DNA of 64,000 nucleotides from Eledone cirrhosa (taxonomy: Eukaryota). The position numbers and the translations under genes were made by a program. Below are positions 13,425 through 27,340 of the stretch, in pieces (the first letter of the stretch is position 1; each line of letters begins with the position of its first letter). The notes below the pieces were generated by a model. It was not told the DNA's origin. It did no database searches and worked only from the letters and a program-made list of their open reading frames with translations. The stretch is taken from contig OZ024743.1 in NCBI GenBank assembly GCA_964016885.1, positions 330,584,001-330,648,000 on the forward strand. The letters run 5' to 3'.

Positions 13425-14760
13425 TGGGGATTCTTTTCTTTGTTTTTGTGCCTCTCCTTTGTTCTGTCCTACGCCATCTTCTTTCTACGTGTGTGTTGTG
13501 TGCTCAGTCTGCGCATGCGCCACATCCGGGTGTCTGTGTGTGTTTATATTCGTTTATTTATTTGTTTATTTACATGTTACTGGTTGGTTGTTTGTTCTAT
13601 GTGCGTGTGTATTTTCATTTTGTCCTTAATTGTAAGTTGTGATGTTGCTGTTCCACTCATGTTTTCTATTTAATTTTGGTTGTAATTCTTTTATGTTTAT
13701 TGCTTCTGTGATTTGTCTAAACATTGCGACTTTTCTGTGTGTAGATTCTATTTTTATTTCTATGTTCTCTAATTTACCCTTATGTTCTATTTTAGCATGT
13801 TGGTAGAGTACAGATGATTCTTTACTATCTTGAAGGTCTCGCCAGTGTTCATTTATCCGTTCCCCTACACTACGAGCTGTCTCACCTATGTACACTATAT
13901 TTCTATAGAAATGGTAAATAATGACACAAATGGGACCTGCCCCTTGTATAGGAGCAAATTTTCGAATAGAATAGAAAGAACTAGGAATAAGGCTAATAGA
14001 ATAAACTCATGGTATGATAGCAATAAATACCAGAGTGTAATGTTCATCGCTACAACCCCTAGAGGTGAATTAGCTTACAAATTTAGAAGGGCCCTAGATA
14101 AACATAAACTCAATATTAAGATAGTAGAAAGACCATTAGCAAGACACACCCTTTTCAAAGACCCCCCCCCCCCCCTCTATAGATAAGCAATGTATAACCT
14201 GTAAATTAAGCCCCCATATTAACTCTAAAACTAGAAATGTAGTATATAGCATAAGATGTACTGAAGGACAATATAAAGATAGAAATATAGTGTACATAGG
14301 TGAGACAGCTCGTAGTGTAGGGGAACGGATAAATGAACACTGGCGAGACCTTCAAGATAGTAAAGAATCATCTGTATTCTACCAACATGCTAAAATAGAA
14401 CATAAGGGTAAATTAGAGAACATAGAAATAAAAATAGAATCTACACACAGAAAAGACGCAATGTTTAGACAAATCACAGAAGCAATAAACATAAAAGAAT
14501 TATAACCAAAATTAAATAGAAAACATGAGTGGAACAGCAACATCACAACTTACAATTAAGGACAAAATGAAAACACACACGCACATAGAACAAACAACCA
14601 ACCAGTAACATGTAAATAAACAAATAAATAAACGAATATAAACACACACAGACACACGGATGTGGCGCATGCGCAGACTGAGCACACAACACACACACAG
14701 AAACAAAATGGCGTAGGACAGAACAAAGGAGAGGCACAAAAACAAAGAAAAGAATCCCCA

Positions 14761-14803
14761 GTCACTGAAGAGGTCACGGAATGTGTGACGAAAGAACTTT
14801 GAC
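14761..14803 (+). ncRNA. Minimal type I hammerhead ribozyme (3' pLTR)
   Basis: GTCA-CTGAAGA-G-GTCAC(GGAATGT)GTGAC-GAA-AGAACT-T-TGAC; intact core, stems I and II. Confidence 0.85.
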
Positions 14804-15012
14804 AATATATAAACAACCATCTGGTTGTGGAACCAACCAACCAACCGGAAATTCATAAATTCCTAAATTTATAAATTAATTATAATAAATTGAAGAGAAA
14901 GCAACTGGTGCGTGTGTTTCTTATTGGCAACATGACCCTCCCAAAGTATAACAATATCGGTTTCAACACACGTTTTCAGATAAAGAATCTTGCTAAACAA
15001 ATTCAGAAACGA

Positions 15013-15117
<105 letters not shown>

Positions 15118-15124
15118 AACATAC

Positions 15125-15159
<35 letters not shown>

Positions 15160-15399
15160 CAAACATACATATTAGTATATATATATAGTAATATTAATGA
15201 GAATTATTGTGTACAGTGTTCAGCTTGACTACACCAATTCTGTTAGTGAAGTGCTCTGCTATTGGATACATTCCAGTTGCCATTGACCAAGATGTTACAA
15301 TGACATTGATGCGCATAGACCTCGTAGTAATATGATGTGGTAAATTTGTAGATGTGTTTATATATGTATATGTGTATTTATGTGTGTTTATGTGTGATA

Positions 15400-15458
<59 letters not shown>

Positions 15459-15736
15459 ATGTGTATATGTGTGAATGTATGCCTGTGTGTATATATATAT
15501 ATATTTATTTAGGTTTGTTGGTTCACCACTGGATAGAACTGGTCATTCCGTATCGTCAATCTCGATGTAATATTAGGGAGAGCACTCAACGTAATGCAAC
15601 TCACCCGTCTTCGTTTGTGTAGTTGGTGTTGCGAGTACGGAGTTAATTATTATAAAATTAAAGGAATTACATTAAAGGAATTACATTAAAAGGAATTACA
15701 CCAGTCCAGCCTCCTGTTATTTTATTATATATATAT

Positions 15737-16363
15737 ATGAAAAACAAGGGGAGAAGAATACTGCATGGTTGCACATGGATTACATATTATAAAATTAGTC
15801 CCTCATCAGTGATTTGCCAACCATCATTGGTATTTCATCGCATTAAAAATCAGATACCTCAGGTTGGTGCGAGCTGGTGCGAACTAAAATAAGCTATTGG
15901 GACAAGTGAAACGCGTAAAGCGAGTGAGACAAGTAAACAACAGAAGGAAAAGCAAACCGAAGGTTGGGAAAACAGCAAGCCACATGATAGTTATCCGATC
16001 AGCATAAGCTGGGTGAATTTCATGAGCATGTCAGAGAAGCAGACCGTACGCCGCGAATGCGGTGTGAGAAAGAAGGAACCCTACTACTAGCGAACGGGAG
16101 GAAGTGAAAAGGGGAGAAACAGAGAGTGAGTGAGTGGAAGTGCGAGGAAGAGGTCAGTCGAGAGAAAGTGTTAACTGACAGAGGGGACGAAAGAAGGTAA
16201 GAGAAACAGAGATAACGGGGGAGCAGTAAGAGAGAAAGAGAGAAACAGATAATCGCAGTTTAGGTAAATATATATGAAAAACAAGGGGAGAAGAATACTG
16301 CATGGTTGCACATGGATTACATATTATAAAATTCGTCCGTTATCAGTGATTTGCCAACCATCA
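15737..16363 (-). mobile_element. About 536-bp unit plus partial direct repeat; diverged relative of the 494-bp repeat at 56325-58090
   Basis: ATGAAAAACAAGGGGAGAAGAATACTGC repeated at about 15737 and 16274; shares CTCACTCGCTTTACGCGTTTCA, GGCAAATCACTGATGAGGGACT and other blocks with the 56-kb unit. Confidence 0.8.
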
Positions 16364-16689
16364 TATATGTTATAAAATATATATATATTGTGTATAAAAC
16401 TATGGATTATATACAAGTTGCTACATAACCTGGACATTATTTATCCCAAATTGTAGAAATCTTATAACGAAACGGCCGTCTGGAAGGAAAGAGATATTTA
16501 TTTATGTCTCATATAAAATAATACAACCAGCTATCCACGAAATACTGATTAGTTAGCACCCCAAACACTAAATAGGGATATTACTTAAGTATATCCTAAT
16601 GTTTGTTGAGTGAGATGGAGTTGGTCGGAGTATCGCTTAAGGCTTTCTCTGTTAATGTATTAAATATATATATATATGAGGAGTACTGG

Positions 16690-16778
<89 letters not shown>

Positions 16779-16836
16779 TGCTGATGTACGCTATACATCA
16801 AAACTCTCTTTACAAGTACTCGTCAATCATCTCACT

Positions 16837-17275
16837 TGTGGTGGTGGTAATGATGGTGGTGGTGGTGTTGTTGTTGGTGGTGGTGTTGGTGGTTATGTTG
16901 TTGTTGGTGGTGGTGTTGTTGTCGTTGGTGGTGGTGGTGACGTTGTTGTTGTTGGTGGTGGTGTTGTTGTTGGTGGTGGTGGTGTTGGTGGTGTTGGTGG
17001 TGGTGGTGTTATTGTTGGTGTTGTTGTGGTGGTGTTGTTGTTGCTGTTGGTGATGGTGGTTGTGGTGGTGTTGGTGGTGGTGTTGTTGGTGTTGTTGTTG
17101 TTGTTGATGTTGTTGCTGATGATGATGATGATGATGCTGATGATGATTATGATGGTGATAATGATGACGATGGTGGTGATGATGGTGATGATGATATGTT
17201 GATGATGATGATTATGATGGTGATGATAGTAATGATGATGATGCTGACTATGATGATTATGATTATTATTATCAT
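16837..17275. repeat. (GGT/GTT/GAT/ATT)n compound trinucleotide repeat
   Basis: Direct reading. Confidence 0.95.
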
Positions 17276-17277
17276 TA

Positions 17278-17570
17278 TGACCATGCGCCTATAGGCTAGC
17301 TAACTTGAGGAGAGGGGTGCTCGCCCTGGGTGCCCTAGAACCGCAGGGTGGTTCAGGATTGGTGGGGTACCTGAGTCACCCCTGGGTCATCCACCCGCTA
17401 TAGGGGAATTTATTTTGTTATATTCATGCATAGTTTATTGTATATTTTTTATATCTTCATTGTTAAATTAGTGTTGCCATTGTACACTTTTACTCGACCT
17501 TATTGTAAACCCCCACTGTCCCTGTCTTTGTATAGTCCCCTACATGTTGGCCCTTGTGGCTAATAAATGA
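17278..17570 (+). mobile_element. 3' UTR fragment of the Tx1-type LINE
   Basis: Nearly identical to 25213-25503 (TGACCATGCGCCTATAGGCTAGC..GTGGCTAATAAATGAAAT). Confidence 0.9.
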
Positions 17571-17599
17571 AATCATCATTATTATTATTATTATTATTG

Positions 17600-19330
17600 T
17601 TCCTTGAGTCTCAGTCATTGATGTTATTTAACTGGAAAGTTTGTTGAAATGAATATCAAGCCACTACCTGCAGCCTCAGATATTCAGGACGTATCGGGGG
17701 GTTCTTCCTGTTCCCAGCAAGTATGCCTTTTGAAGTGTTCCAAAAAGCGGGGCTGGACTAATCTTCTTTAACCATCCTTCGAAACTCTTTGAGATAGTAC
17801 CTAGTGCGCCTATGACAATCGGGACGACCTTGATTTCATGGCAGTTCCAAATCCTTTTTACCTCCCACTTTAAGTCCTGGTATCGGTTAATTTTCTCTCT
17901 CTCCTTCTCTTGCACTCTCGTGTCGAATGGGCAGGCCACATCCACAATCAGGCACGATCTTTTTTCCTTGTCCAAAACCACCAGGTCAGGTCTATTGTGT
18001 TCCAGTTTCTTGTCCGTCTGTATCCTAAAATCCCATAGCACCTGCACCTGATCGTTTTCTATCACCGACTCTGGCTTATGCTCATACCACTTCTCAGAAT
18101 GTGGTAAATTGTTTACTTTGCATAGGTGCCAGTGGATCACCCTGCCCATCACATCGTGTCTCCAGCCCTTATAGTGAGTCTGGGCTAGGTGTTTACACTC
18201 GGATACAATGTGAGCCACAGTCTCCTCTCTCTCTCCACAGATCCTACACAGTGAGCTAGCCTCCTCCTTGTCAATATGGTGTTTTACCCACTTCGTTGTG
18301 AGGGTATACTCTTGCGCAGGCATTAGCATTCCTTCTGTAGCTTTTTTTAGGTCTCCTCTTTTTAACCAGTTCCATGTCTGTGGATCTCTAAATTCAGTTT
18401 TCTTAATGAAGGGATTTTTCATGAAGGTTGCTCTTCCTCCTTGCTGTTATTACCTCCTTGCTGTTATTACCTCCTTGGACATCCCCTGGTCTATTGTCCT
18501 CTCCTTCAGTACAATTTTGAGCATTGGCTCCCTACTGTCTGTCACATATTTGTGCAGGTTGTTTTTCTCCATCAAAACACAGTCCTCTATGATGATAAGA
18601 CCTCTTCTACCTTCAGATCTCTTTAAGTAAAGTCTATCGACATCACTCCTCTTGTGGAACATGTTGTAGATAGTCATTAGCTTCCTAGACTTCCTATCCA
18701 TTTCTTTTTGTTCAGCAACACTCCATTTCAGAATTCTCGCACTGTACCTAATAATAGACACAGCTCGGGAATTCACTGCACTTATGACATTCCTACTGTT
18801 CAGATGTGACTTTAATACGCTCCTTACTCTCCTTATGTACTCAGATCTTATCAATTCCTTCATTTTTTTTTCTTGATGTCATCTGCCTCCAGAACACCTA
18901 AATATTTGTATCCCTCTTCAGTGTCAATTTCCTTTATCATCTCACCTGTTGGTACCTGGATTCCGTTGCTTCTGATCAATGTACTCCTCTTCATCACTAG
19001 GACTCCACATTTATTAATACCAAATTCCATACATATATCATTGCTGAAAATACGGATAGTGTCAACAAGTACACCCAACTCCTTCTCACTCTTCCCAAAG
19101 AGTTTAAGATCGTCCATGAAGAGAAGGTGGTTGATGGTAAGCTCTCCTTTTTCCCAACTTGTATCCTTCTCTCACTCTTCGCAATATAACGGTCAGGGGC
19201 ATCAGAGCAAGGACAAGGATTCTCCACCCGATGTTAACTCTGTTTCCCAGACCTTCATACTTTTGCTCAACAACTGTCTGATGTTATCTGCCAGTTTGAA
19301 GATCTCTATGCTTTTGGTTATCCAAGAATA
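17600..19330 (-). mobile_element. 5'-truncated RLE-type LINE, R4/Dong-like (RT C-half, CCHC, restriction-like endonuclease); disabled
   Basis: HLLFMDDLKLF, YKYLGVLE, CRICGEREETVAHIVSEC, RHD, NRPDLVVLDK..IVDVACP..EKINRY; flanked by (TAA)n, the known Dong target; frameshifts and loss of the QGD motif. Confidence 0.9.
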
Positions 19331-19332
19331 AA

Positions 19333-19387
<55 letters not shown>

Positions 19388-19388
<1 letters not shown>

Positions 19389-19550
19389 GAGGATCGGACG
19401 ACATGCTTTGACGCATAGAGTTACGGCTTTTGCCATTCTGAGTTCAAATCCCGCCAAGGTTAACTTTACCTTTCATCCTTACAGGGTCGATAACATAAAG
19501 TACCAGTAATACACTGGGTAATTGCTGGCCTTGTGCCAAAACTAGAAACA
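19388..19550 (+). mobile_element. tRNA-derived SINE with (ATT)n tail
   Basis: CTGAGTTCAAATCCCGCC..GGGTCGATAA..AAGTACCAGT..GCTGGCCTTGTGCC. Confidence 0.85.
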
Positions 19551-19576
19551 ATTATTATTATTATTATTATTATTAT

Positions 19577-19939
19577 TTGAAAAGGAAAATCAGGGTAGAG
19601 AGGGAAGTGCTCTCTTCCCAGCATTTTGTTGAAAGATGGGTGAGAGAAGCAAGAATGGCCCGAGTGAATGGGCCTACTCTGAGTATGTGTCTGTAAATTA
19701 AAGGTGGAAAACTGGGAGAGGGCACTTGCCCTGGTGGTCAGGTTACTGTGGCCTTTTAATGAGCTTTCTCCACAAATGTCCCTCCGAAGTCTCCCTCCTA
19801 TTGGGGAATTTTTCATTTTTATTTTTATTACATCCTCTGTTTTTGTTTTTTACACGCAGAAATGCCCATTTGTACCTCCTGTATTGTCCTGTACTATCCT
19901 TAATGTCTACTTTATGTAAACCATTGTGGTTAATAAAGA

Positions 19940-19940
<1 letters not shown>
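19577..19940 (+). mobile_element. 3' fragment of Tx1-type LINE
   Basis: AGAATGGCCCGAGTGAATGGGCCTACTCTGA..TTGTGGTTAATAAAGAAA then (ATT)n. Confidence 0.8.
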
Positions 19941-19985
<45 letters not shown>

Positions 19986-20216
19986 GAGTCTGAACGGACG
20001 TCTTTTTGCTCGCTCACGTAAGTTTATTTATTTACCTGTCAAAACTTATTTGTTGAATTTTTTGTTGTTGTGTAAGGCATACAAGCTCTTGGAGTTTGCC
20101 CTGTGAAGGGGAAAGAATAATATTTGGGCCTTTTGGCTCAAATATTTGAACTCTTTTACATTTTAACAAAATTATATAAAAAAAAAAAAAACGTAGCTGA
20201 GCAACGCCCCCCAGCG

Positions 20217-21398
20217 ATGTGTCTGCTGTCGTGCGACAACGACGTAAAAGTTGAGAGGAGCGCTACGGCGAAATTAACAGAGATTGATACAACAAACACC
20301 ACCACAAACAATGTGATCAAAGACAGCAATGATAATAACACTGAGAACTCTAATTTTGAAAAAAATGACAGCAACAGCGACAACGAAAATACAGATAACA
20401 AAGAAAATGACAAATGCAACAACAATATCAACAACACTAACATGAAAACAAATAGCGACAACACCAACAGCAACAATACCAACTGCACCGAGAACAACAG
20501 TGGCACCAAAGACAACAATGATAATAGCAACAGTGATAACAACAACACCAACAAGAACAACGACAACAACAACAGCACTCCCAACGAAAACAAGAAGAAC
20601 AGTTTCGCTGCGGCAGCAGCAAAAGAGAGGCCATGCTTCAACTTGGACCTCTCAAACAAAGATGAAAAGTTGGCCCAGGCATGGAAGCTCATCAAGCAAG
20701 AGCAAACCTGGCCAAACATAACTGTCCCGGTAGAAGCTATTGAGGCAGTGGAGCGCAGAACGGTGCATTATAGATGCATCACAGCACAAACCAAAAGGGC
20801 AGCTTTTATTCCACAAGCAGATGTCGAAGTCGCGCTGAGGTGCATCAGAGAAGACAACGAATACATAGCGAGGAGCAGACAGTACGGCACCATTTCGGTG
20901 CTGTTCAAGTCAGCAGCCTTCGCTATGAAACACGCTATGACTCCTTGCAAAACCAACAAGATCATAATGTACCCCTCCCACATGGGAAAAAGAACGGCCC
21001 GTCTCCGCATTCCCAGAGTCCCACCAGGACTTGACATGTGGTGGCTTCTGGGATGTGTGATTGTGGAGGGGACGGATACCGTCCTGATAGAAGTGACAAG
21101 AACGGCCAGAGAGGACTGGTCCGGGGTTGACCTGGAGATACTTCTCCAGATCAGGCCCGAGAATGTGAAGACAATCCCGGACCAGATCCGCCTTCAGAAT
21201 GGGACGGTTATTCATATTATGACCGAGGGCAAAAGGCCGCATTGTTTTGTTTGTGGGGAAAAAACCCATTTGCGAGCCTTCTGCCCTCAACTGCTGAAAG
21301 AGGCAAGGGGTCGAAGGGCTCCACTGTTGCCGACGATGGGGCGAGGACCACAACCAACACCAGCACCGGCAAAACCACCAACAACAACACCAATGTAA
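20217..21398 (+). CDS. Tx1-type ORF1 (Asn-rich N-terminus, SFAAAA motif, CX2CX4HX4C knuckle); C-terminus probably frameshifted
   Basis: CFVCGEKTHLRAFC; first ATG at 20217 within the 424-aa ORF. Confidence 0.75.
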   Translation: MCLLSCDNDVKVERSATAKLTEIDTTNTTTNNVIKDSNDNNTENSNFEKNDSNSDNENTDNKENDKCNNNINNTNMKTNSDNTNSNNTNCTENNSGTKDNNDNSNSDNNNTNKNNDNNNSTPNENKKNSFAAAAAKERPCFNLDLSNKDEKLAQAWKLIKQEQTWPNITVPVEAIEAVERRTVHYRCITAQTKRAAFIPQADVEVALRCIREDNEYIARSRQYGTISVLFKSAAFAMKHAMTPCKTNKIIMYPSHMGKRTARLRIPRVPPGLDMWWLLGCVIVEGTDTVLIEVTRTAREDWSGVDLEILLQIRPENVKTIPDQIRLQNGTVIHIMTEGKRPHCFVCGEKTHLRAFCPQLLKEARGRRAPLLPTMGRGPQPTPAPAKPPTTTPM

Positions 21399-22176
21399 AG
21401 ACCACCACCAACATTGACCACCCAGGGGGGAAACGAGGAAAGTTGTCAAATTCCCCCTCCCCACAAAAATATACACATCAATAAAAACATAAACACACAC
21501 ACAGACCCCCTCTTCTACCAGTAGCGAAGACAGGGAAAACCAAAATCCCCCAAAATACAAAAAAAAGGAAACACAAAAAAGAAAAAAACTTCCACAAAGC
21601 ACAAAATCATCCACAATAAAAATTGCATACACCACCCACGCAAACATCTCTCCAATAACACTAACATCAACACCACCATCACCATCACCAGAATCCCCCA
21701 AACGCAAACAACCGAAACAGACGCAAGAACAAATACACACACAAACATCTGAAACCACAGACACCGCACTCACAACAAACACAGACACAACCGAAACAAC
21801 ACCACCAAAACCATCACCACCACAGCCACGCAAAGAAATAAAATCACACCAACGAAACATACAAAATTTCGTGCTCGTCAGGAGGGCCAACAAGGAACTG
21901 ATGGCCCTCGTAGCACAAAGTGAAAATATACAAATAGAGGGGGAAATTTTTTAATCGATTTTATACATAGAGATTTTATACAAATCGATTTTATACAAAG
22001 AGATACGAGACAGCTTTCCTCGGGACGTGGGAACCCCGAACGTAAAACCCACTTCAATACTTTTAAAGGGGTTCCCAAAAGAAACCCTACCAACTATGGA
22101 GGTTGAACCACCCGACCTTCACAAGAGCCCGGAAGGTAAGTAAACTTTTGCTCTCTCTCTCTTTTAATCTGCCAAC

Positions 22177-25100
22177 ATGGCCGTATTAAGTGTAGGAAGT
22201 TTAAATGTTCGAGGCCTGGGATCGTCCTGGAAGCAGAGTCTTCTGCTCAACGACCTCAGGTCTCTAGAAATGGATGTAATTGCCGTCAGCGAGACCAGGA
22301 TTTCCGACACGCGCGCACTAGCCCCCATTTTCGACGACTATTAGATCTTTGCATCTGTTAGTCGGCCGGGAATGAGAGGTGGGGTGGCAGTGTTGTTTAG
22401 GAAAGGCCTGGATCTCGAGGTGAGGTCGATCTTCCGGGACCCGGACGGGAAGTTGGTGGTCCTGGACGTGAACAATAACGAAGGTGCTGCCTTTAGACTG
22501 GTGGTCGTCTACGCCCCTACTGGAGCAGGATGGCCGAACTTCTTTAGACGCCTGGAAGCCTTTCTGGGTACGTCTCGCCCTTAACTGTTAGCGGGGGACT
22601 GGAACGGCATCTTAGACGCACGCTGGGACTGTGTGGGAGTATCCGATAGGAGCAGGGGGTGCAAAAGCCTCAAGAACCTGATCAGCCAGTTCCAACTGTC
22701 TGACAGGTACCGACTAGATTTCCCTAATGCGCCAGTGTGGACCTGGACTAACCGCATAGTGTCATCTAGATCGTATATAGACAGGATATTCATTAGGAAA
22801 ATAGACAGAAATAGTGTAAGCTATCCACGTTTTAAAGTTTGTGATCTGTATGGTCGACCTAGATAAGACGCGTAGGTTAGGACCAGGTTACTGGAAGCTA
22901 AACATGTCATTTCCGGTATGTAAGGCTTACAGGGACCAGGTCAACAATTTAGTTAAGAAAAAGTTGACAGGGGGAGTCGTCAACAATAGATGGTGGAGGG
23001 CTCTCAAAAGAGAGATTAGAGTAATGTCGATAGAGTATATCCAAGAAGTAGCGTTAGAGAAAAATAGAAAGGAGAGGGAGTTGGTTGATAAGTTAGACGA
23101 GGCTATTGGTAGTGGCATTGCAACTAACGTGCTAGCGGCAAGAATGGCATTAGACCATTTCTTCAATGCGAAACACGAAGAGTGCATTGTCAGACGCTAA
23201 GGCGCGTGCTCTAAGAAACGAGGGAACCAAAGCTGTTCGATGGGTCCAAGTGGCAGAGACGCAGCGTGGTAATAAAACCACGATTCGGTCTTTGACAGAC
23301 CGAGACGGACACGAGCTGAGCCATTCCAAGCGGATGTGTGAGGCCTTTCGCCAACATTTTGCTCGGTTGTTCGGGGGAAGTGGCGGATCAGAGACGGAGG
23401 CGGATTTCAGTCCCTACCTCGATGGCTTGCCGCAACTCGTGACGGCCAACGCTGGGCGCTGCGAAAGGACGATTACTTCAGCCGAGATACAGGATGCCCT
23501 TGTCGGCTGCATGAGGCGCAAGTGACCCGGTTTGGATGGTCTGCCCCACGAGCTTTACGTAAATATGCCAGACTTGTTCTCCAATCTCCCCGAAGCGCTC
23601 TACTGCAACTGGCAGCAGAACGGGGCATTCCCAGTTCTGTGAGCCGGGACGTAGTGACGCTGATAAGGAAAGACGAGAACAAGAGGGACACATTAGACAA
23701 TTAGCGGCACCTGCTCGGTGCTCAAAATTAATGGCCACCTCCCGTAACCGTTTCAGATATCCCGATCGGTCCGTCAAGGGTGCCCTCTCTCCTCCCTTCT
23801 GTACGTATTGACTCTCGAGCCTTTACTGCTGAAGCTGGAGCTGTTGCAGAGCATCCCGCTCGAACCGGGACGTGGAAAGGCTGTGCCGGCTCATGCGGAC
23901 ATCACCGTGATGGTCTCGGACACCTCAGAAATCGAGGTGGAGGAATATGAAAGGTTGACGGGAGCAAAACTTAACCCGGAAAAGTCGGTGGGCTTGCAAA
24001 TCGGCACCTGGAGAGGCAAGTCCATGCCGTCCAACAACGTCGTTAGGCGCTGGACGGACGGACCGGTAAAGTTGCTCGGGGTTTGGTTCTGACCAGACCT
24101 CCAGGTGGAAAAGAATTGGGACGAGGTAACGAGCAGAGCAGCCAGTCTCACCCAGAAATGGGCTGGGAGGAAGCTATCAGTGAAAGGTCGCGCGGAGGTG
24201 GCGAATGCGTACATCGCGTCCGTCATCTACTACCGCCTGACCATCGTGCCTTGCTCCCGTCCGCGCCTCGTCAAGTTGGAACGGCTCCTCTTTAAATTCT
24301 TGTGGAGGGGATCAAGTTCCGTTGGTGAGGCGGTCCATCTGCTGCCAGCACCCTCTACGCGGAGTGCTGGGCATGCCGTGACTAATGATGCGCAGACATG
24401 CGTTGAGGTTGCGACATCTCCAGATATTCTGCCTCAACCGTGAACAGGTGTGGTCGCCGTTTATCAGACGGGCCTTTCCGCAGCTCATTTCCCTGACTGA
24501 GCTGCAGTCCTGGGTCAAGAAGAGACCGAGACTGGGTGACTGGCACCTGGAATGTTGCCAGGCGCTCACTGCACTCTACCAAGCGGGCAATGCGATCAGT
24601 GGAACTTCCACTCTCGAGTTCTATAGAGGATTAGTGGTGGGCAAGTGCGATGACGCACTTGGAGAAGCTTTGGGCCTCGACGAAGTCGAACTGACTAGTC
24701 TGTACCGGAGGACTTTTGAGCCGGGGACGATGGACAATTTTCAGAAATCCCTCGCTTGCCAGTGCTACCGGGGGGCTCTGCCGGTTCGGGATAAACTCTA
24801 CAGGCACGGACCTGCCCAAGATGCGCACAGAACGACGAAACTGTTCTGCACGCACTTGTCCAATGTCCGTGCACTACTGACTTGTGGCGTTATGTCGAAC
24901 AGCTACTGTCGCGTGTGGAACGAATCCGGCTATCGGCCGAGTCCATAGTGAAGATCGACCCACCGCCTTCCTTAGGTCAGGGAGGGCAGGCAATTTTCCT
25001 CTGTCTGGTGGCCGTTGCGAAAGAGGTTATATGGTGGACCAGGTTGAAAGGACTGAAGAGAGACACTTTTCTCTTCGGCCAATCCCTCATCAACTTCTTC

Positions 25101-25229
25101 AAATTTCACCTGGAAAGGAAGGTGAGGGTGGAGAGAAAAGTGCTGCCCCCCAGTACATTTGCTAAAAGGTGGATGAATGTGGCGAGAATGGCTCGTGTGA
25201 ATGGGCCTACTCTGACCATGCGCCTATAG
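22177..25229 (+). pseudogene. Tx1-type ORF2 pseudogene (AP endonuclease, RT with internal deletion, C-terminal Cys motif)
   Basis: SLNVRGL, DVIAVSETR, GGVAVLF, YAP, LAGDWN, SYIDRIF, GPGYWKLN, PGLDGLP, SVRQGCPL; YADD degraded to AHADIT; several stops and frameshifts. Confidence 0.9.
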
Positions 25230-25817
25230 GCTAGCTAACTTGAGGAGAGGGGTGCTCTCCCTGGGTGCCCTAGAAGTGCAGGGTGGTTCAGGATTGGTGT
25301 GGTACCCGAGTCACCCCAGGGTCACCCACCCCCTATCGGGGAATTTATTTTGTTATATTTATGCATAGTTTATTTTATATTTTTATATCTTCATTGTTAA
25401 ATTAGTCTTGCCATTGTGCACTTTTACTCGACCATATTGTAAACCCCCACTGTCCCTGTCTTTGTATTGTCCCCTATATGTCGGCCCTCGTGGCTAATAA
25501 ATGAAATAATAATTATTATTGTTATTATGTTGATGATGATGATGATCCGTATTATGTTAATACTTCTCAACATTATGTTGATCATAACGATAGTGATAAT
25601 GTTATGACGGCTGCCATCTTTATTTCTTTGTTTATTTAATTCTATATTTATATTTTTATTTATTTATTTGTATATTTATTTGTTTATTTATTTTATTGTT
25701 TATTTATTTGTATTTATTTATTCATTTGTTGGTCATGCAAATAATCCTTACATTTGTTGCTGGTTTAGCTTCCAACGGGACATGGATCGATAACAGAGCC
25801 AGGTCGTTTCTCCTCTC

Positions 25818-27340
25818 ACTATCACCACCTCCATCACCACCTCAGCCTTCACCACCACCTCCACCATCATCACCAGCACCAGCCCCATCAGAATCTCTAC
25901 AACCAATAGCATCACCAAAACCAGGGCATTTCCACTCTCACCACCACCACTAGCACCACCTCCGCTACCTCCACCACCACCACCACTGCCATTACCACAA
26001 CCAGAACCTTTCCCCTCTCACCACCACCACAACTACCACATTCACCACCTCCGCCACCACCATCACCTCCAATATCACCTCCACCATCACCACCACCACC
26101 AATGCCATCACCACAGTCAGGGCATTTCCTCCAACACCACCATTACTACTAGTACAACCACCAACACCAATACTCGCACCGACACCACCACCAACCCCAC
26201 CACTACCACCACCACAGTGAGGGCCCCTCCATCCTCCATCTCCATCACAACAGCACAGGGTCCTATTAACACAACCTCGTCCACCACCACACCACTTCTC
26301 CTCTCCACCACCACCATCACCACCACCATCACCACCACCATCACCACCACCACCACCATCACCACCACCACCACCATCACCACCACAATCACCATCATCA
26401 CCACCACCCTCTTCACAAGCACAACCACAACCACCACCAACACCACCACCTTAACCACCATCACCGCCATCATCATCACCCCTCCCCCCACCACTGTCCC
26501 CCCCCCCCACCACGGCCACAACCACCACTGTCTCCACCACCACCACAATCACCACTGTCTCCAGCACCACCACAACCACCACTGCCCCTCCACCACCACC
26601 GCCACCACAACCACCACTGTCTCCACCACCACCACCACCACCACAACCACCAGTGTCCCCACCACCACCACAACCACCACTGTCTCCACCACCACCACAA
26701 CCACCACTGTCCCCACCACCACCACAACCACCACTGTCACCACCACAACCACCACTGTCTCCACCACCACCACAACCACCACCACAACCACCACTGTCCC
26801 CACCACCACCACAACCACCACTGTCACCACCACAACCACCACTGTCTCCACCACCACCACAACCACCACCACCACCACCACAACCACCACCACCACCACC
26901 ACTGTCTCCACCACCACCACAACCACCACCACAACCACCACTGTCCCCACCACCACCACAACCACCACTGTCTCCACCACCACCACCACCACAACCACCA
27001 CTGTCTCCACCACCACCACCACCACAACCACCACTGTCTCCACCACCACAACCACCACAACAACCACTGTCTCCACCACCACCACCACCACACCCACCAC
27101 TGTCTCCACCACCACCACAACCACCACTGTCTCCACCACCACCACAACCACCACCACCACCACCACAACCACCACCACCACCACCACCACAACCACCACC
27201 ACAACCACCACACCACTGTCTCCACCACCACCACAACCACTACTGACTCCACCACCACCACCACAACCACCACTGACTCCACCACCACCACCACCACAAC
27301 CACCACTGACTCCACCACCACCACTGACCCCACCACCAAC
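25818..27340. repeat. (CAC/CAA)n-rich low-complexity repeat with ACTGTCTCC interruptions
   Basis: Direct reading; open in most frames on both strands. Confidence 0.9.

Larger units (their letters stand above)
19986..25503 (+). mobile_element. Near full-length L1/Tx1-type LINE, disabled, flanked by (ATT)n
   Basis: ORF1 with zinc knuckle followed by APE-RT-CCHC ORF2 remnants and a 3' UTR ending GTGGCTAATAAA. Confidence 0.92.

Noticed and set aside
16467-16483. Hammerhead 3' half CGAAACGGCCGTCTGG
   Set aside because: No CTGANGA box or stem II upstream, so it was not called as a ribozyme
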